64,000 nt of DNA from an uncultured Planctomycetota bacterium (GTDB lineage: Bacteria > Planctomycetota > Phycisphaerae > Sedimentisphaerales > UBA12454), in contig CAINDG010000041.1 in assembly GCA_903847315.1 (NCBI GenBank), positions 30,285 through 94,284 of the forward strand, in the 5' to 3' direction. The translations under genes were made by a program, and so were the position numbers. Under the pieces are notes generated by a model. It did not search any database. It was given only the letters and a program-made list of their open reading frames with translations, and was not told the DNA's origin. The stretch's first letter is position 1. Each line of letters begins with the position of its first letter. This document shows positions 26,671 to 36,797 of the stretch, in pieces.

Positions 26671-28558
26671 GCGAAATGTCGATTTTTCCAGCAGCGGCAA
26701 GGGCCATATTTACGTTTCCAAACGGCGCGCTTATCGCAAAGCCAGCGACATTATCGCTTATTTTGTTCATTAATTCCATAGCAATTTCCACACCTGCTTT
26801 TCGGCCGTCCTGGCCGTCTTTGGTGCGGGACATTTTTTCGAGAAGTTTTTTGGGCACAACGACGCCGGGCACTTCATTGGCCATAAACTCGGCGTTTTTA
26901 TAATTTGTAAAGGGCCAAATGCCGGCGATTATCGGGATTTTGCAGTCGCGGGTCGATTCGAGGAATTTAAAGAAGCTATTTTCATCGAAAACCGGCTGGG
27001 TTATGGCGAATTCGGCGCCTGAATCGACTTTCTTTTTGAAACGGCTGATTTCCCTGTCCAAATCGGACGCGACGGGATTTGCGCCGACCCCGATAACGAG
27101 CGATGTCGGGATAGAAAGGCTGTTGCCTGCGATATCGACGCCGCAATTCAAATTGCTGACGACTTTTGTAAGGGCGATTGAGTCGAGGTCGAAAACCGCA
27201 GTCGCATCGGGATATTCGCCGAGTTTCGGCGGGTCGCCAGTGATTATCAGGACATTGCCGAGCCCTATCGCCTGTATGCCGAGCAGGTCGGACTGCATCG
27301 CTATGATGTTTCTGTCGCGGCAGCAGAAATGCAGGATTGTCTCAATATTGCAAAGCTGTTTTATTTTCACTGCCGTTATCATCGCGCTTAGTCTTGAGCT
27401 TGCGCGGGGGCCGTCGGGAATATTGACCGCATCAATTCCAAATTTTTCACAGAGTTTTACTTTTTCGATGAGGCCTGAAACGTCAGTTCCTTTCGGAGGA
27501 GAGATTTCAACCGTATAAATCTTCTGTCCTTTGGCGAGTTTCGCCCCCAGTTTCGATTTATTTTTCAGCTCCACCGGCTTTTGTTTTACGGCCTGTTTTT
27601 GCGAAGGTTTTATTTCAATTACGGCAGAGCTTAAATCCGCCCTGTGAAGCGACCTGACGGTTTTTACCATTTGTTTAATATGCTGGGGCGTAGTTCCGCA
27701 GCAGCCGCCCAAAATCTTGACGCCTTTTTCGTAAAATCTCTTGGCGTATTCAGCCATATATTCTGGCGTGCACATATAAACGGTTCTGCCGTCGATGTTC
27801 TGGGGCAGGCCGGCGTTAGGCTGAAGCGATATCGGTTTTGTCGTCGCTTTTTTTATGAGCGGCAGGGTTTCGAGCATCGCGGCAGGGCCGAGCGAGCAGT
27901 TTAATCCGACGGCGACGACCTGCGGAAACTCGGCAATCTTCGCGATGGCAAGGTCAATCCGATCACCGAAAAGGGTTTCGTTATTTTCGTTTATCGCCAT
28001 TTGCGCGACGATTTGAAGGCTGCTTGTTTTGATTGCACAGTTTATCGCTATGAGCAGTTCCTTTAGATTGTTGAATGTTTCAAACAAGAGAAAATCCGCA
28101 CCGGCCTGCGCGAGGGCATTTATCTGGTTTGTAAAAACATTTATTATTTCTTTTTCGCTTATGCGTCCGCCCTGTGCGATATCGACACCCAAGGGGCCGA
28201 TTGCGCCTGCGACAAGGGCTTTGCCGCCGGCGGATTGTTTGGCGATTTTGACGGCAGCGGTATTAATCTGTGCGGTTTTTTCAGCAAGGCCGAACCTCGC
28301 GAGCTTAAATTCGTTTGCGCCATAGGTGTTTGACTCTAAAAAGTCGCTGCCGGCAGAAATATACAGGTCGTGAACCTGGCCGACAAGCTGCGGTGCCGTG
28401 AGATTAAGCTCCTCAAAGCAGGTATTGATAAATACCCCCTTTGAATACAGCATTGTGCCCATCGCACCGTCGCCAAAGACGAGCTGTTTGTCCAAAAGTT
28501 CAGTTAATTTGTTTTTAGCCATTATAGTTCCTGTTTTTTCGGTTTGCTGATTATACAC
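26660..28558 (-). CDS. Bifunctional homocysteine S-methyltransferase / 5,10-methylenetetrahydrofolate reductase (YitJ-like)
   Basis: The N-terminal Hcy-binding domain carries FGDGAMGTMLY and GGCCGTTPQHI. The C-terminal MTHFR domain carries YTVEISPPKG and CCRDRN. An alternative start lies at 28522 (MAKNK). Confidence 0.85.
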   Translation of the reverse strand: MYNQQTEKTGTIMAKNKLTELLDKQLVFGDGAMGTMLYSKGVFINTCFEELNLTAPQLVGQVHDLYISAGSDFLESNTYGANEFKLARFGLAEKTAQINTAAVKIAKQSAGGKALVAGAIGPLGVDIAQGGRISEKEIINVFTNQINALAQAGADFLLFETFNNLKELLIAINCAIKTSSLQIVAQMAINENNETLFGDRIDLAIAKIAEFPQVVAVGLNCSLGPAAMLETLPLIKKATTKPISLQPNAGLPQNIDGRTVYMCTPEYMAEYAKRFYEKGVKILGGCCGTTPQHIKQMVKTVRSLHRADLSSAVIEIKPSQKQAVKQKPVELKNKSKLGAKLAKGQKIYTVEISPPKGTDVSGLIEKVKLCEKFGIDAVNIPDGPRASSRLSAMITAVKIKQLCNIETILHFCCRDRNIIAMQSDLLGIQAIGLGNVLIITGDPPKLGEYPDATAVFDLDSIALTKVVSNLNCGVDIAGNSLSIPTSLVIGVGANPVASDLDREISRFKKKVDSGAEFAITQPVFDENSFFKFLESTRDCKIPIIAGIWPFTNYKNAEFMANEVPGVVVPKKLLEKMSRTKDGQDGRKAGVEIAMELMNKISDNVAGFAISAPFGNVNMALAAAGKIDISLSF

Positions 28559-28680
28559 TCAAGGCGGGAAAGTTCAAATCAGAGTAAATTAATTTTCGGT
28601 TGCAAAAATTACCTTTTTTATTATACTTACCGGGAATTAAACCATTCCGCCGACGGCGGATAAATTTGAAGGACTCGATA

Positions 28681-29151
28681 ATGGGCGACGAAAAAAAGAA
28701 CGATTTGAAGAAAGTCAAGGAGCTCATTGAGCTTATGATTGAAAAAGACCTTGTGGAGGTGGAAATAGTCGATGGCGACAGTAAGATTCATCTCAAACGT
28801 CCCGGCTCATTTGTGCAGATGCCGATTGCGGCGCCAATGCCGATTATGGCACCTGCCGCAGCGCCGGCCGGCGATGCGGGAAGTTCTGCCGCTCCTGCCG
28901 CGGATGATAAACTTGCCGACATAAAATCGCCGATAGTCGGCACGTTCTATTCGGCGCCAAGTCCCGATTCGCCGCCTTATGTAAAAGTCGGCGACCACGT
29001 AACGCCTGATACGGTAGTCTGCATTGTCGAGGCGATGAAAGTAATGAACGAAATAAAAGCCGAGACTACCGGCACAATTGAAAAAATTTCAATCGCCAAC
29101 GGCCAGGCAGTCGAATTCGGCCAGGTATTATTTAAGGTCAGGCCGGATTAG
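28681..29151 (+). CDS. accB: Biotin carboxyl carrier protein
   Basis: Start at MGDEKK. There is an Ala/Pro linker and the biotinylation motif EAMKVMNEI. Confidence 0.9.
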   Translation: MGDEKKNDLKKVKELIELMIEKDLVEVEIVDGDSKIHLKRPGSFVQMPIAAPMPIMAPAAAPAGDAGSSAAPAADDKLADIKSPIVGTFYSAPSPDSPPYVKVGDHVTPDTVVCIVEAMKVMNEIKAETTGTIEKISIANGQAVEFGQVLFKVRPD

Positions 29152-29181
29152 TGCCGAGGCTGATTTTCCACAGGTAAATTA

Positions 29182-30522
29182 ATGTTCTCAAAAATTCTCA
29201 TAGCCAACAGAGGCGAAATAGCATTAAGAATAATTCGTGCCTGCCGTGAGCTGGGCATCGAAACGGTTGTCGTCTATTCCGAGGCCGATAGAAACGCTTC
29301 ATATATCGAGCTTGCCGACGAGGCAATCTGCATCGGCCCGGCAAGTCCTGCACAAAGTTATCTTAATATCCCGGCGATAATCAGCGCCGCTGAAGTTGCC
29401 GATGTCGATGCGATTCATCCCGGCTACGGATTTCTCGCGGAGAACGCGCATTTTGCCCAGATATGTCTGGACTGCGGGATAGCGTTTATCGGTCCGCGGC
29501 CGGAGTCGATGAGAATGCTCGGCGATAAAGTCGCGGCAAGAGAACTTGCGAAAAAAGCGCACGTTCCGGTTGTGCCCGGCTCGGACGGCCAGATAAAAGA
29601 TGAAAAAGAAGCAATCAAACTCGCCAACAAAATCGGATATCCGGTAATAGTAAAAGCGGCGGCGGGCGGCGGCGGCAGGGGAATGAGAGTTGCCCATAAC
29701 GATATAAGTCTGCGAAACGCATTTGCGACGGCAAGGGCTGAGGCGGAGTCTGCGTTTAAGGACGGCACGGTCTATCTGGAAAAATATATTATTGAACCGC
29801 GGCACGTTGAGGTGCAGATTATGGCCGACAAGTCCGGCAACGCATTGCATTTTTTTGAACGCGACTGCTCCATTCAGCGAAGACATCAGAAATTGATTGA
29901 AGAATCGCCCTGTCCGATACTTGACGAACGCACACGAGAAGAATTATGCAAGGCGGCACTGAAGGTGATAAAGGAAGCGAAGTACGAAAATGCCGCGACA
30001 GTCGAATTTCTGCTCGACCGCAATAAGAAATTTTATTTTATCGAGGTTAATACGCGAATTCAGGTTGAACATCCTGTTACGGAAATGGTTACGGGAATCG
30101 ACCTGATAAAGATGCAGCTTCGCGTGGCCGGCGGACAGAATATTAATTTAAAGCAGAGAGACATAACGCACAGCGGCGTTGCGATAGAATGCCGGATTAA
30201 TGCTGAGGACCCGGACCGTAACTTTGCGCCGTGTCCGGGGAAAGTTGATAAGTTTATCCTGCCCGGCGGAATGGGCGTAAGGGTCGATACGCATATTTAT
30301 CAGGGCGCAGTAGTCACGCCATATTACGATTCGATGATTGCGAAATTGATTGTTCATCGGCCGACAAGAGAAGAGGCGATAATAACGATGAAACGCGCTT
30401 TAAGCGAATTTAGAATCGGGCCAATCAAGACTACGATTCCAGCCTGCTTCAAAATCCTCTCGCACAATATGTATCTTCAGAATAAAGTCGATACAAGTTT
30501 TATAGAGCAGCATCTTTCCTAA
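29182..30522 (+). CDS. accC: Biotin carboxylase
   Basis: [21 protein letters not shown]..., an ATP-grasp domain, GGGGRGMRV, and [14 protein letters not shown]. Confidence 0.95.
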   Translation: MFSKILIANRGEIALRIIRACRELGIETVVVYSEADRNASYIELADEAICIGPASPAQSYLNIPAIISAAEVADVDAIHPGYGFLAENAHFAQICLDCGIAFIGPRPESMRMLGDKVAARELAKKAHVPVVPGSDGQIKDEKEAIKLANKIGYPVIVKAAAGGGGRGMRVAHNDISLRNAFATARAEAESAFKDGTVYLEKYIIEPRHVEVQIMADKSGNALHFFERDCSIQRRHQKLIEESPCPILDERTREELCKAALKVIKEAKYENAATVEFLLDRNKKFYFIEVNTRIQVEHPVTEMVTGIDLIKMQLRVAGGQNINLKQRDITHSGVAIECRINAEDPDRNFAPCPGKVDKFILPGGMGVRVDTHIYQGAVVTPYYDSMIAKLIVHRPTREEAIITMKRALSEFRIGPIKTTIPACFKILSHNMYLQNKVDTSFIEQHLS

Positions 30523-31313
30523 CGGCCTATAGCCTCTTTAAACTGCGTCAGAAACGTTTTTATTTTTGCCGGAATGGATTTTTTATCGTTAAGATTTTCC
30601 TCTATGATTTTTACAATTCTTGAGCCGATGATAACACCGTCTGCGCCGGCTTTTGCAAGCTCCGCGGCGTGCTGCGGTTTGCTTACGCCAAAACCAACAC
30701 AAACCGGTACGTCAGTAATGGATTTTAATCTGCTTATAAGCGGCTTTATCATATCGGACAGGGTTTCTCTACCACCGGTTACACCTAAAAGCGAAACGGT
30801 GTAAATAAAACCTGTGCATTTTTCGGCGATTTTTTTGGCGCGCTCGGTTTCAGTGTTAGGCGTTATCATAAAAACGGTATCGAGGCCAGCTTTTCGGGCA
30901 GGGGCGTAAATTTCGTCAACATCGTCAATGCTCAAATCCGCGATAAGGACGCTGTTTACGCCGGCTCTCGCGAAATCGACAAAGAATTTTTCAGTGCCGT
31001 ACTGATAAATAAGGTTGTAATACATCAAAAGACCAATGGGGATATCCTTGTACGCTTTTATTTTTTTGATGAAGTCTTTTGCCTTTTCGATGTCCATACC
31101 GGCGGCAAGCGCGCGGATGTCAGCCTTTTGAATTGTCGGGCCGTCGGCAATCGGGTCTGAAAACGCTATGCCCAGTTCAAGGATATCAGCGCCACCGTCA
31201 ATAGCGGCTTTTACAATTTCAAGACTTGTATCAAAATCAGGGTCGCCTATAACAAAAAAAGGTATTAAGGCGGCTCGCTTTAGTTCGGCAAATGTTTGTT
31301 TATATGTTTTCAT
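30519..31313 (-). CDS. trpA: Tryptophan synthase alpha chain
   Basis: [28 protein letters not shown], and GFGVS. The start overlaps the trpB stop by 4 nt. Confidence 0.9.
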   Translation of the reverse strand: MKTYKQTFAELKRAALIPFFVIGDPDFDTSLEIVKAAIDGGADILELGIAFSDPIADGPTIQKADIRALAAGMDIEKAKDFIKKIKAYKDIPIGLLMYYNLIYQYGTEKFFVDFARAGVNSVLIADLSIDDVDEIYAPARKAGLDTVFMITPNTETERAKKIAEKCTGFIYTVSLLGVTGGRETLSDMIKPLISRLKSITDVPVCVGFGVSKPQHAAELAKAGADGVIIGSRIVKIIEENLNDKKSIPAKIKTFLTQFKEAIGR

Positions 31314-32485
31314 AGGGGCTTCCTGTTTCTTTCGACTATGTCAACGTCTTTGTCGCCTCTGCCGGAAAGATTTACCACGACAGTTGTGTCGGCGGGCAGT
31401 TTTCCCTTCTGGCTGTAAACCCAGGCGAGAGAATGCGAGCTTTCTAGCGCGGGCAGGATGCCTTCGCATTTTGTAAAGATATCGAAAATGTCGAGAACGT
31501 CTTTATCCTCGACAGCGACGTATTGCGCTCTGCCTGTATCTTTTAAAAGGCAGTGTTCGGGGCCGACGCCGGGATAATCAAGGCCGGCGGAGATGGATTC
31601 GGTATCGAGAATCTGACCTTCTTTGTTCTGCATAAGATACATTTTAGTGCCGTGCAGGATGCCGACTTTGCCGGCGTTGAGCGGGGCGGCGTGTTTGCCT
31701 GTTTTAATGCCTTTACCGGCCGGTTCTACGCCGACGAGTTTGACATTTTTATCATCGATAAATGCACTGAAGATTCCTATCGCATTGCTTCCGCCGCCGA
31801 CGCAGGCGGTAACGATGTCCGGCAATTTGCCGATTTTTTCAAGGCACTGCGCACGTGCTTCTATTCCGATACAGGACTGGAAATGTTTTACGATAGTCGG
31901 ATACGGATGCGGGCCGCAGGCGGTTCCGAACAAATAAAAAGTATCGGCGACGTTGGCCGTCCAGTAGCGAAGGGCCTCGTTGATGGCGTCTTTTAATGTT
32001 TCCGTTCCGCCTTTGACGGAAATGACTTCCGCTCCGCAGAGTCTCATTTTGTGGACGTTTACGCTCTGTCGTTCAATGTCAATTGCGCCCATAAATATTT
32101 TTGTCTGCATTCCGAATAACGCGCCAATCATAGATGTCGCAAGGCCGTGCTGGCCGGCGCCGGTTTCGGCGATGAGTTTTGTCTTGCCCATATATTTAGC
32201 GAGCAAACCCTGGCCGAGACAATTATTGACTTTGTGCGCTCCGCCGTGCAGGAGGTCTTCGCGTTTTATATAAACTTTAAAGCCGACAAGTTCGCTGAAA
32301 CGCGTAGCGTAATACAAAGGTGTCGGTCTGCCAGCGTAGTCGTGAGAAAGAACATCAAGCTCTGCGGTAAATTTTTTGTCTTTATAATATTTATAGAATG
32401 CCTTTTCCATTTCCTCAAGAGCCGGTATAAGCACTTCAGGGACGTAAAAGCCGCCGAATTGTCCGAATCTTCCGTTATGTTTCAT
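31310..32485 (-). CDS. trpB: Tryptophan synthase beta chain
   Basis: GRFGQFGGFYVPE, the PLP-lysine region LLHGGAHKVNN, and GGGSNAIG. Confidence 0.95.
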   Translation of the reverse strand: MKHNGRFGQFGGFYVPEVLIPALEEMEKAFYKYYKDKKFTAELDVLSHDYAGRPTPLYYATRFSELVGFKVYIKREDLLHGGAHKVNNCLGQGLLAKYMGKTKLIAETGAGQHGLATSMIGALFGMQTKIFMGAIDIERQSVNVHKMRLCGAEVISVKGGTETLKDAINEALRYWTANVADTFYLFGTACGPHPYPTIVKHFQSCIGIEARAQCLEKIGKLPDIVTACVGGGSNAIGIFSAFIDDKNVKLVGVEPAGKGIKTGKHAAPLNAGKVGILHGTKMYLMQNKEGQILDTESISAGLDYPGVGPEHCLLKDTGRAQYVAVEDKDVLDIFDIFTKCEGILPALESSHSLAWVYSQKGKLPADTTVVVNLSGRGDKDVDIVERNRKPL

Positions 32486-32516
32486 CCCGCACCTTCTTTT
32501 TATTCAAATTTTACCT

Positions 32517-33152
32517 TTATACGGTAACGCTTTTTATATTTTTGAAAAGCCTTGTCATTTTTCTGCGGTCTTTTTTGCCGGGCGAACTTTCTATTCCGCT
32601 GCAGACGTCGATGCCGTAAAAGCCCTGACCGATGGCCTCGATTACATTTTCCGGATTTATTCCGCCCGCCAGAAAAGTTCTGCCGAATACGTGGCCTGTA
32701 AGCTGCGGCAGAGTTCTCCAGTCGAATCTTTCTCCCGTTCCGCCGTAAAGGACCGGATGGAAAGCGTCCAGCAGCAGGGCGTCAGTGGTAAAGTTTTTTG
32801 CGTACTCGATATCTTTACCGTCTTTTATTCTTATAGCTTTTATAATCTGCGCGGACATATTGCTAAGCGACTGGCAAAATCCCGGTGTTTCGTCGCCGTG
32901 AAGCTGCACCCAGTCGAGCATTAAATCGCCGACGGTTTTGCGGATGGTTTCCGCGTCGGCGTTTACAAATACTCCGACTATGTGAACAAACGCAGGCAGC
33001 TTTATGATAATTTTTTCGGCTTCCTTCGGTTCGATAAATCTGGGACTTTTCGGATAAAAGTTAAAGCCGAGCAGGTCTGCGCCGAGTTGTACCGCAGCCG
33101 CGGCGTCTTCGACGTTTGTTATTCCGCATATTTTAACTTTCAGCACAGCCAT
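32517..33152 (-). CDS. trpF: Phosphoribosylanthranilate isomerase
   Basis: KVKICGITNVEDAAAAVQLGADLLGFNFYPKSPRFI, and the position within the operon. Confidence 0.85.
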   Translation of the reverse strand: MAVLKVKICGITNVEDAAAAVQLGADLLGFNFYPKSPRFIEPKEAEKIIIKLPAFVHIVGVFVNADAETIRKTVGDLMLDWVQLHGDETPGFCQSLSNMSAQIIKAIRIKDGKDIEYAKNFTTDALLLDAFHPVLYGGTGERFDWRTLPQLTGHVFGRTFLAGGINPENVIEAIGQGFYGIDVCSGIESSPGKKDRRKMTRLFKNIKSVTV

Positions 33153-34175
33153 TTAATTTTTCCTGTTTGAAATCTCAACAAGTTTTTCAAGACACTGGGC
33201 CGCATTGCCCGTATCGACTGATACAGCGGCTTTTTGGAATCCCTGATGCAGATTTTCGGCGAGGTCTGCGACCATTATAGCCGCTGAGGCGTTCAAAAGC
33301 ACCATATCCCGCACAGGGCCTTTGTTTTTGCCGTACAGAACGTCCTTTATCATTTTCGCGTTGTACTCGGCGTTGCTGCCGACAAGCTCGGCCATTTTCG
33401 GCGATTGAATTTCAAAATCTTTCGGATGAATTTCATAGGAGATTTTTTTATTATCTTTTAATTCGATAACTTTCGTGACTGCTGTAATACTTATTTCGTC
33501 AAGGCCGCTGCCGTGGACAATCATCGCACGTTTTAAGCCGAGAATTTTAAATGTCTCAGCGATTCTGTCCAAAAGCGACTCCTCGGGCACACCCATAACC
33601 TGAGCCTGTGCACCGGCAGGATTTGCGAGCGGGCCTAAAATATTAAACGCGGTGCGGAAATCGAGACTCTTTCTTATGGGCTGAACAAATTTCATCGCCG
33701 GATGATACATCGGCGCGAACATAAAACCTATATGCGCGTTTTCGATGCACTCTGCAACAACTTCAGGGCCGCAGTCAACTTTAACGCCCATTGCCTCAAG
33801 TACATCGGCTGAGCCGCATTTACTTGTAATGCCGCGGTTGCCGTGTTTTGCGACGTAAGCGCCCGCGCCGGCGGCGACAATCGCCGAGGCGGAGGAGACG
33901 TTGAAAGTTTTCAGCGGAGCTCCGCCGGTGCCGCAAGTATCGATAAGATTAGTAATTTTTGTGTGGACCTTTACAGCGTGGTCCCGCAGCGATTGAGCAA
34001 GTCCCGCGAATTCGCTCGGCATTGCCTTTTTCATTCTCATCGCCGCCAGAAAGGCCGCAATCTGAACCTCAGCAACATCGCCTTTGAATATAGTATCCAG
34101 CAGGTCTTTGGCCTGGTCGTATTTCAGGTCGCCGCCTTCGAGAAGGATTTCGAGATATTGAGTTATTTTCGTCAT
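33153..34175 (-). CDS. trpD: Anthranilate phosphoribosyltransferase
   Basis: DTCGTGGAPLKTFNVSSASAIVAAGAG and KHGNRGITSKCGSADVLE. Confidence 0.9.
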   Translation of the reverse strand: MTKITQYLEILLEGGDLKYDQAKDLLDTIFKGDVAEVQIAAFLAAMRMKKAMPSEFAGLAQSLRDHAVKVHTKITNLIDTCGTGGAPLKTFNVSSASAIVAAGAGAYVAKHGNRGITSKCGSADVLEAMGVKVDCGPEVVAECIENAHIGFMFAPMYHPAMKFVQPIRKSLDFRTAFNILGPLANPAGAQAQVMGVPEESLLDRIAETFKILGLKRAMIVHGSGLDEISITAVTKVIELKDNKKISYEIHPKDFEIQSPKMAELVGSNAEYNAKMIKDVLYGKNKGPVRDMVLLNASAAIMVADLAENLHQGFQKAAVSVDTGNAAQCLEKLVEISNRKN

Positions 34176-34810
34176 AACGCCACTCTCCTGTTCTGTGATG
34201 AAATTTTTAAAAGGTTCTGTATTATTTTTCCGCCAGCCGGGGTAAGGATACTTTCCGGATGAAACTGCATACCGAAAATCGGTTTTTGCTTATGCTCTAT
34301 TGCCATTACAATGCCCTCGTATTCCGCGGTTACCGTCAGGCAGTCAGGCACCTTGACCGCGCAAAGGCTGTGATACCTGCCAGCCTGCAGAGGGTTTTCC
34401 ACTCCTTCGAAGATTCCTTTTTCATTGTGCGTTACCTTCGAGGCCTTGCCGTGCATCACCTTCGGCGCATGGCTGATTGTGCCGCCGAAATATTGAATGA
34501 TTGCCTGATGGCCGAGACATACGCCGAATATGGGAAGCTTGTTCTGGAAATAGCCGATTGCCTCCAGAGTAACGCCCGCACTGGATGGATTGCCGGGACC
34601 GGGTGAAATAACCAGCAGGTCAGGCTTAAAATCTTCCGCAATTTTTTTAAGGCTTTCCAGCGGCGTATCTGCGCGATAAACCTTTGCGACGCAGTCTCTT
34701 TTGCAAAAGTCATCCACAAGATTATATGTGAATGAGTCAAAATTATCTATGAAGAGGACTTTTGGTTCGGCCAGGCTCACCACAGGTGAATTTTGGTTCG
34801 TATCGTTCAT
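34172..34810 (-). CDS. trpG: Anthranilate synthase component II (glutamine amidotransferase)
   Basis: The class-I GATase motifs are FGVCLGHQAI and HPES. Confidence 0.85.
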   Translation of the reverse strand: MNDTNQNSPVVSLAEPKVLFIDNFDSFTYNLVDDFCKRDCVAKVYRADTPLESLKKIAEDFKPDLLVISPGPGNPSSAGVTLEAIGYFQNKLPIFGVCLGHQAIIQYFGGTISHAPKVMHGKASKVTHNEKGIFEGVENPLQAGRYHSLCAVKVPDCLTVTAEYEGIVMAIEHKQKPIFGMQFHPESILTPAGGKIIQNLLKISSQNRRVAL

Positions 34811-34812
34811 AG

Positions 34813-36417
34813 TTATCTCCCCCTTACTGCCCGCAGGCAGGAATTTGCTTTGTGCTGCGTTTCCTCGAACTCTGTTTTCGGTACGCTGTCATAGACGACG
34901 CCTCCGCCTGCACGGATATAGGCCGTATGGTCTTTTACCTGCAGCGAGCGTATAGTTATGCAACTGTCAAATTGGCCGTCAACGGTTAAATACATCACCG
35001 CGCCGCCGTAGTAACCGCGTTTGTTTTTTTCGAGCTGACGGATAATTTTCATCGCCTCAATTTTCGGCGCACCGGTAAGCGTGCCCATATTCATCGTGGC
35101 AAGATAAGCGTTTAAAGCGTCAAATTCATCGGCCAAAATTCCCTTTACGTTGCTGACAAGGTGCATTACCGATTCGTATTTTTCCACAATGAGAAGTTCA
35201 TTGACTATTCGCGAACCTTTTTGCGTAACTCTTGCGATATCGTTTCTGGCGAGGTCAACCAGCATCATATGCTCGGCAAGCTCTTTTCTGTCGAGTTTCA
35301 ATTCCGCCTCGTATCGAAAATCTGTGTCGGGGTCGATTTTGCCGTTGATTTTTCCTCGCGGCTTTGTTCCAGCGATAGGCCGGATTTCAACCTGACGGAT
35401 TTTTGTTCCGCTCACGCGCAGGTTAAGCTCAGGGCTTGCCCCCGTCAAAATGGTGCTGGGCGTATTAATGTAAAACATATAAGGCGATGGATTAAGCAGC
35501 CGAAGTCTTTTATAAACATCGAGCGGCTCATCGGGGCAGGGCTCTATAATAGTTCTGCTGGGAACGACCTGGAAAATATCGCCGTCAACGATATGTTTTT
35601 TGGCAATCTCTACCATTTTTATATATTCAGCCAGTTCGGTATCGGTGCCGGCTTTGGGCAGCGGACCGGTATATCTTACAGGCTTTGGCATTTCTGCTTT
35701 TAATGTCTCAAAGTAATAATCAAAACAGCTTTCGGCCTCCGTTATAATTTGATTTTTATCGTCGTTGGTAATAATTACATTGACAACAACGTAAGCCTTT
35801 TGCGTTTTATGGTCCATCAGGAAAATATTGTCGGCGAAATACATTTCATAATCGGGCACATCGAGCAGGGCATTTTTATTCGCGGGCAGTTTTTCAAACT
35901 GGTCGATAAAGTCATAACTTATCGCACCAAACAAACCGCAGGTAACGCGGAACGGTTTTCCCGAAAGTTCAAAAGCGAAATTGACCGCCCTGATTACGTC
36001 CATCTGATTAACCGCTTTTAACCTTGCCTGTTCGTCGATAACATCGTGGTCGAGACTGAGCCGGCCCGTGATGCGGTCTGTTTCAAATTTTATTTCTTTG
36101 CAGAAGTTAAATCTGTCGCGGCCGACGGTTGCGAAATATTTTATCATTCTTTTTCCGGTCGGACTTAGCGCAACGATTTGAAATTCCGCGCCTTTGCCGG
36201 CCAGATATAACGCCGGGTTTGCCGTACCGAAGGTTAATTCGCCTTCGTTTCCTTCGGCAAGGTGGTCTTTTGACTCGAGCAGGCAGCAATTCTGTTTTCT
36301 GCCGTAGTCGCTTAATTTCGCAAAGAAATCAACCGGCTCGATCGCGTCAATCTGCCTGACCAGCGGGACGATTTGGCCCACTTTCGCATCACTAATTTTC
36401 TGACTTAATTCTGTCAT
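34813..36417 (-). CDS. trpE: Anthranilate synthase component I
   Basis: Chorismate-binding motifs are present (GTLTGAPK, GYYGGAV). I chose the ATG at 36417 (MTELSQ) because the longer track ORF would run through the attenuator terminator. Confidence 0.9.
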   Translation of the reverse strand: MTELSQKISDAKVGQIVPLVRQIDAIEPVDFFAKLSDYGRKQNCCLLESKDHLAEGNEGELTFGTANPALYLAGKGAEFQIVALSPTGKRMIKYFATVGRDRFNFCKEIKFETDRITGRLSLDHDVIDEQARLKAVNQMDVIRAVNFAFELSGKPFRVTCGLFGAISYDFIDQFEKLPANKNALLDVPDYEMYFADNIFLMDHKTQKAYVVVNVIITNDDKNQIITEAESCFDYYFETLKAEMPKPVRYTGPLPKAGTDTELAEYIKMVEIAKKHIVDGDIFQVVPSRTIIEPCPDEPLDVYKRLRLLNPSPYMFYINTPSTILTGASPELNLRVSGTKIRQVEIRPIAGTKPRGKINGKIDPDTDFRYEAELKLDRKELAEHMMLVDLARNDIARVTQKGSRIVNELLIVEKYESVMHLVSNVKGILADEFDALNAYLATMNMGTLTGAPKIEAMKIIRQLEKNKRGYYGGAVMYLTVDGQFDSCITIRSLQVKDHTAYIRAGGGVVYDSVPKTEFEETQHKANSCLRAVRGR

Positions 36418-36445
36418 CGTTTCTTCTCGCAATATAATAGTATAC

Positions 36446-36479
36446 ATAAAAAAACGGCCTGTCGCTACCGACAGGCCGT
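36446..36479 (-). terminator. Intrinsic terminator (segments 3:4) of the trp attenuator
   Basis: On the minus strand the sequence is ACGGCCUGUCG-GUAG-CGACAGGCCGU followed by a U-run. It ends about 30 nt upstream of the trpE ATG. Confidence 0.7.
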
Positions 36480-36521
36480 GAAAGTTCATTTTATATAGTT
36501 TTTGGGCAAAAAGGGCTCACA

Positions 36522-36543
36522 GCCTGTCAGTTATTTGACAAGC
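36522..36543 (-). promoter_or_regulatory. Attenuator segments 1 and 2 (pause hairpin and antiterminator arm)
   Basis: Segment 1, GCUUGUCA (36536-36543), pairs with segment 2, UGACAGGC (36522-36529). Segment 2 (GACAGGCUG) can alternatively pair with the terminator 5' arm CGGCCUGUC. Confidence 0.6.
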
Positions 36544-36584
36544 CACCACCAACCAAAATAATAGTTAGAATGATTGTGAACCAT
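36531..36584 (-). CDS. trp leader peptide MVHNHSNYYFGWWWLVK
   Basis: 17 codons with three consecutive TGG codons immediately before segment 1. The stop lies in the 1:2 loop. This is my own translation; the ORF is too short for the track. Confidence 0.6.
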   Translation of the reverse strand: MVHNHSNYYFGWWWLVK

Positions 36585-36594
36585 AATTAACTAA

Positions 36595-36623
36595 ATAATA
36601 CCAAAAGAACGCGTTTTTGTCAA
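36595..36623 (-). promoter_or_regulatory. Sigma70-like promoter of the trp operon
   Basis: On the minus strand: TTGACA (36623-36618), 17-nt spacer, TATTAT (36600-36595). The -10 element ends only 10 nt before the leader ATG. Confidence 0.55.
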
Positions 36624-36650
36624 GCGATTTGTTTCGGCAAATTTCAATAC

Positions 36651-36679
36651 TTGCAAAAAAGCCGATTTATGCGTATATT
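36651..36679 (+). promoter_or_regulatory. Sigma70-like promoter of ahcY
   Basis: TTGCAA, 17-nt spacer, TATATT. This leaves a 5' UTR of about 110 nt. Confidence 0.5.
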
Positions 36680-36797
36680 GTTGCAAATTACCCGTTCTTC
36701 GCCTCGATTTTATCGGGGCTACGAAGGACAGGTCGGAAATTAGAGAAAAGCGTTAAGATAGTTAAAAAACAGGTCTTTGCGGCAACTGGAGAAAAAA

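Noticed and set aside
36417-36489. The N-terminal extension of trpE to 36489 given by the track (MNFHGLSVATGRFFMYTIILREET).
   Set aside because: It would be translated through the attenuator terminator hairpin. The ATG at 36417 gives a normal TrpE N-terminus.
36680-36797. An SAH riboswitch in the ahcY 5' UTR.
   Set aside because: The context is right, but I cannot find the conserved SAH-element core as I remember it (GGAGCGCUGC..., CAGGA..., AACGGCGCUC). Only a generic hairpin is present. An Infernal scan would be needed to settle it.
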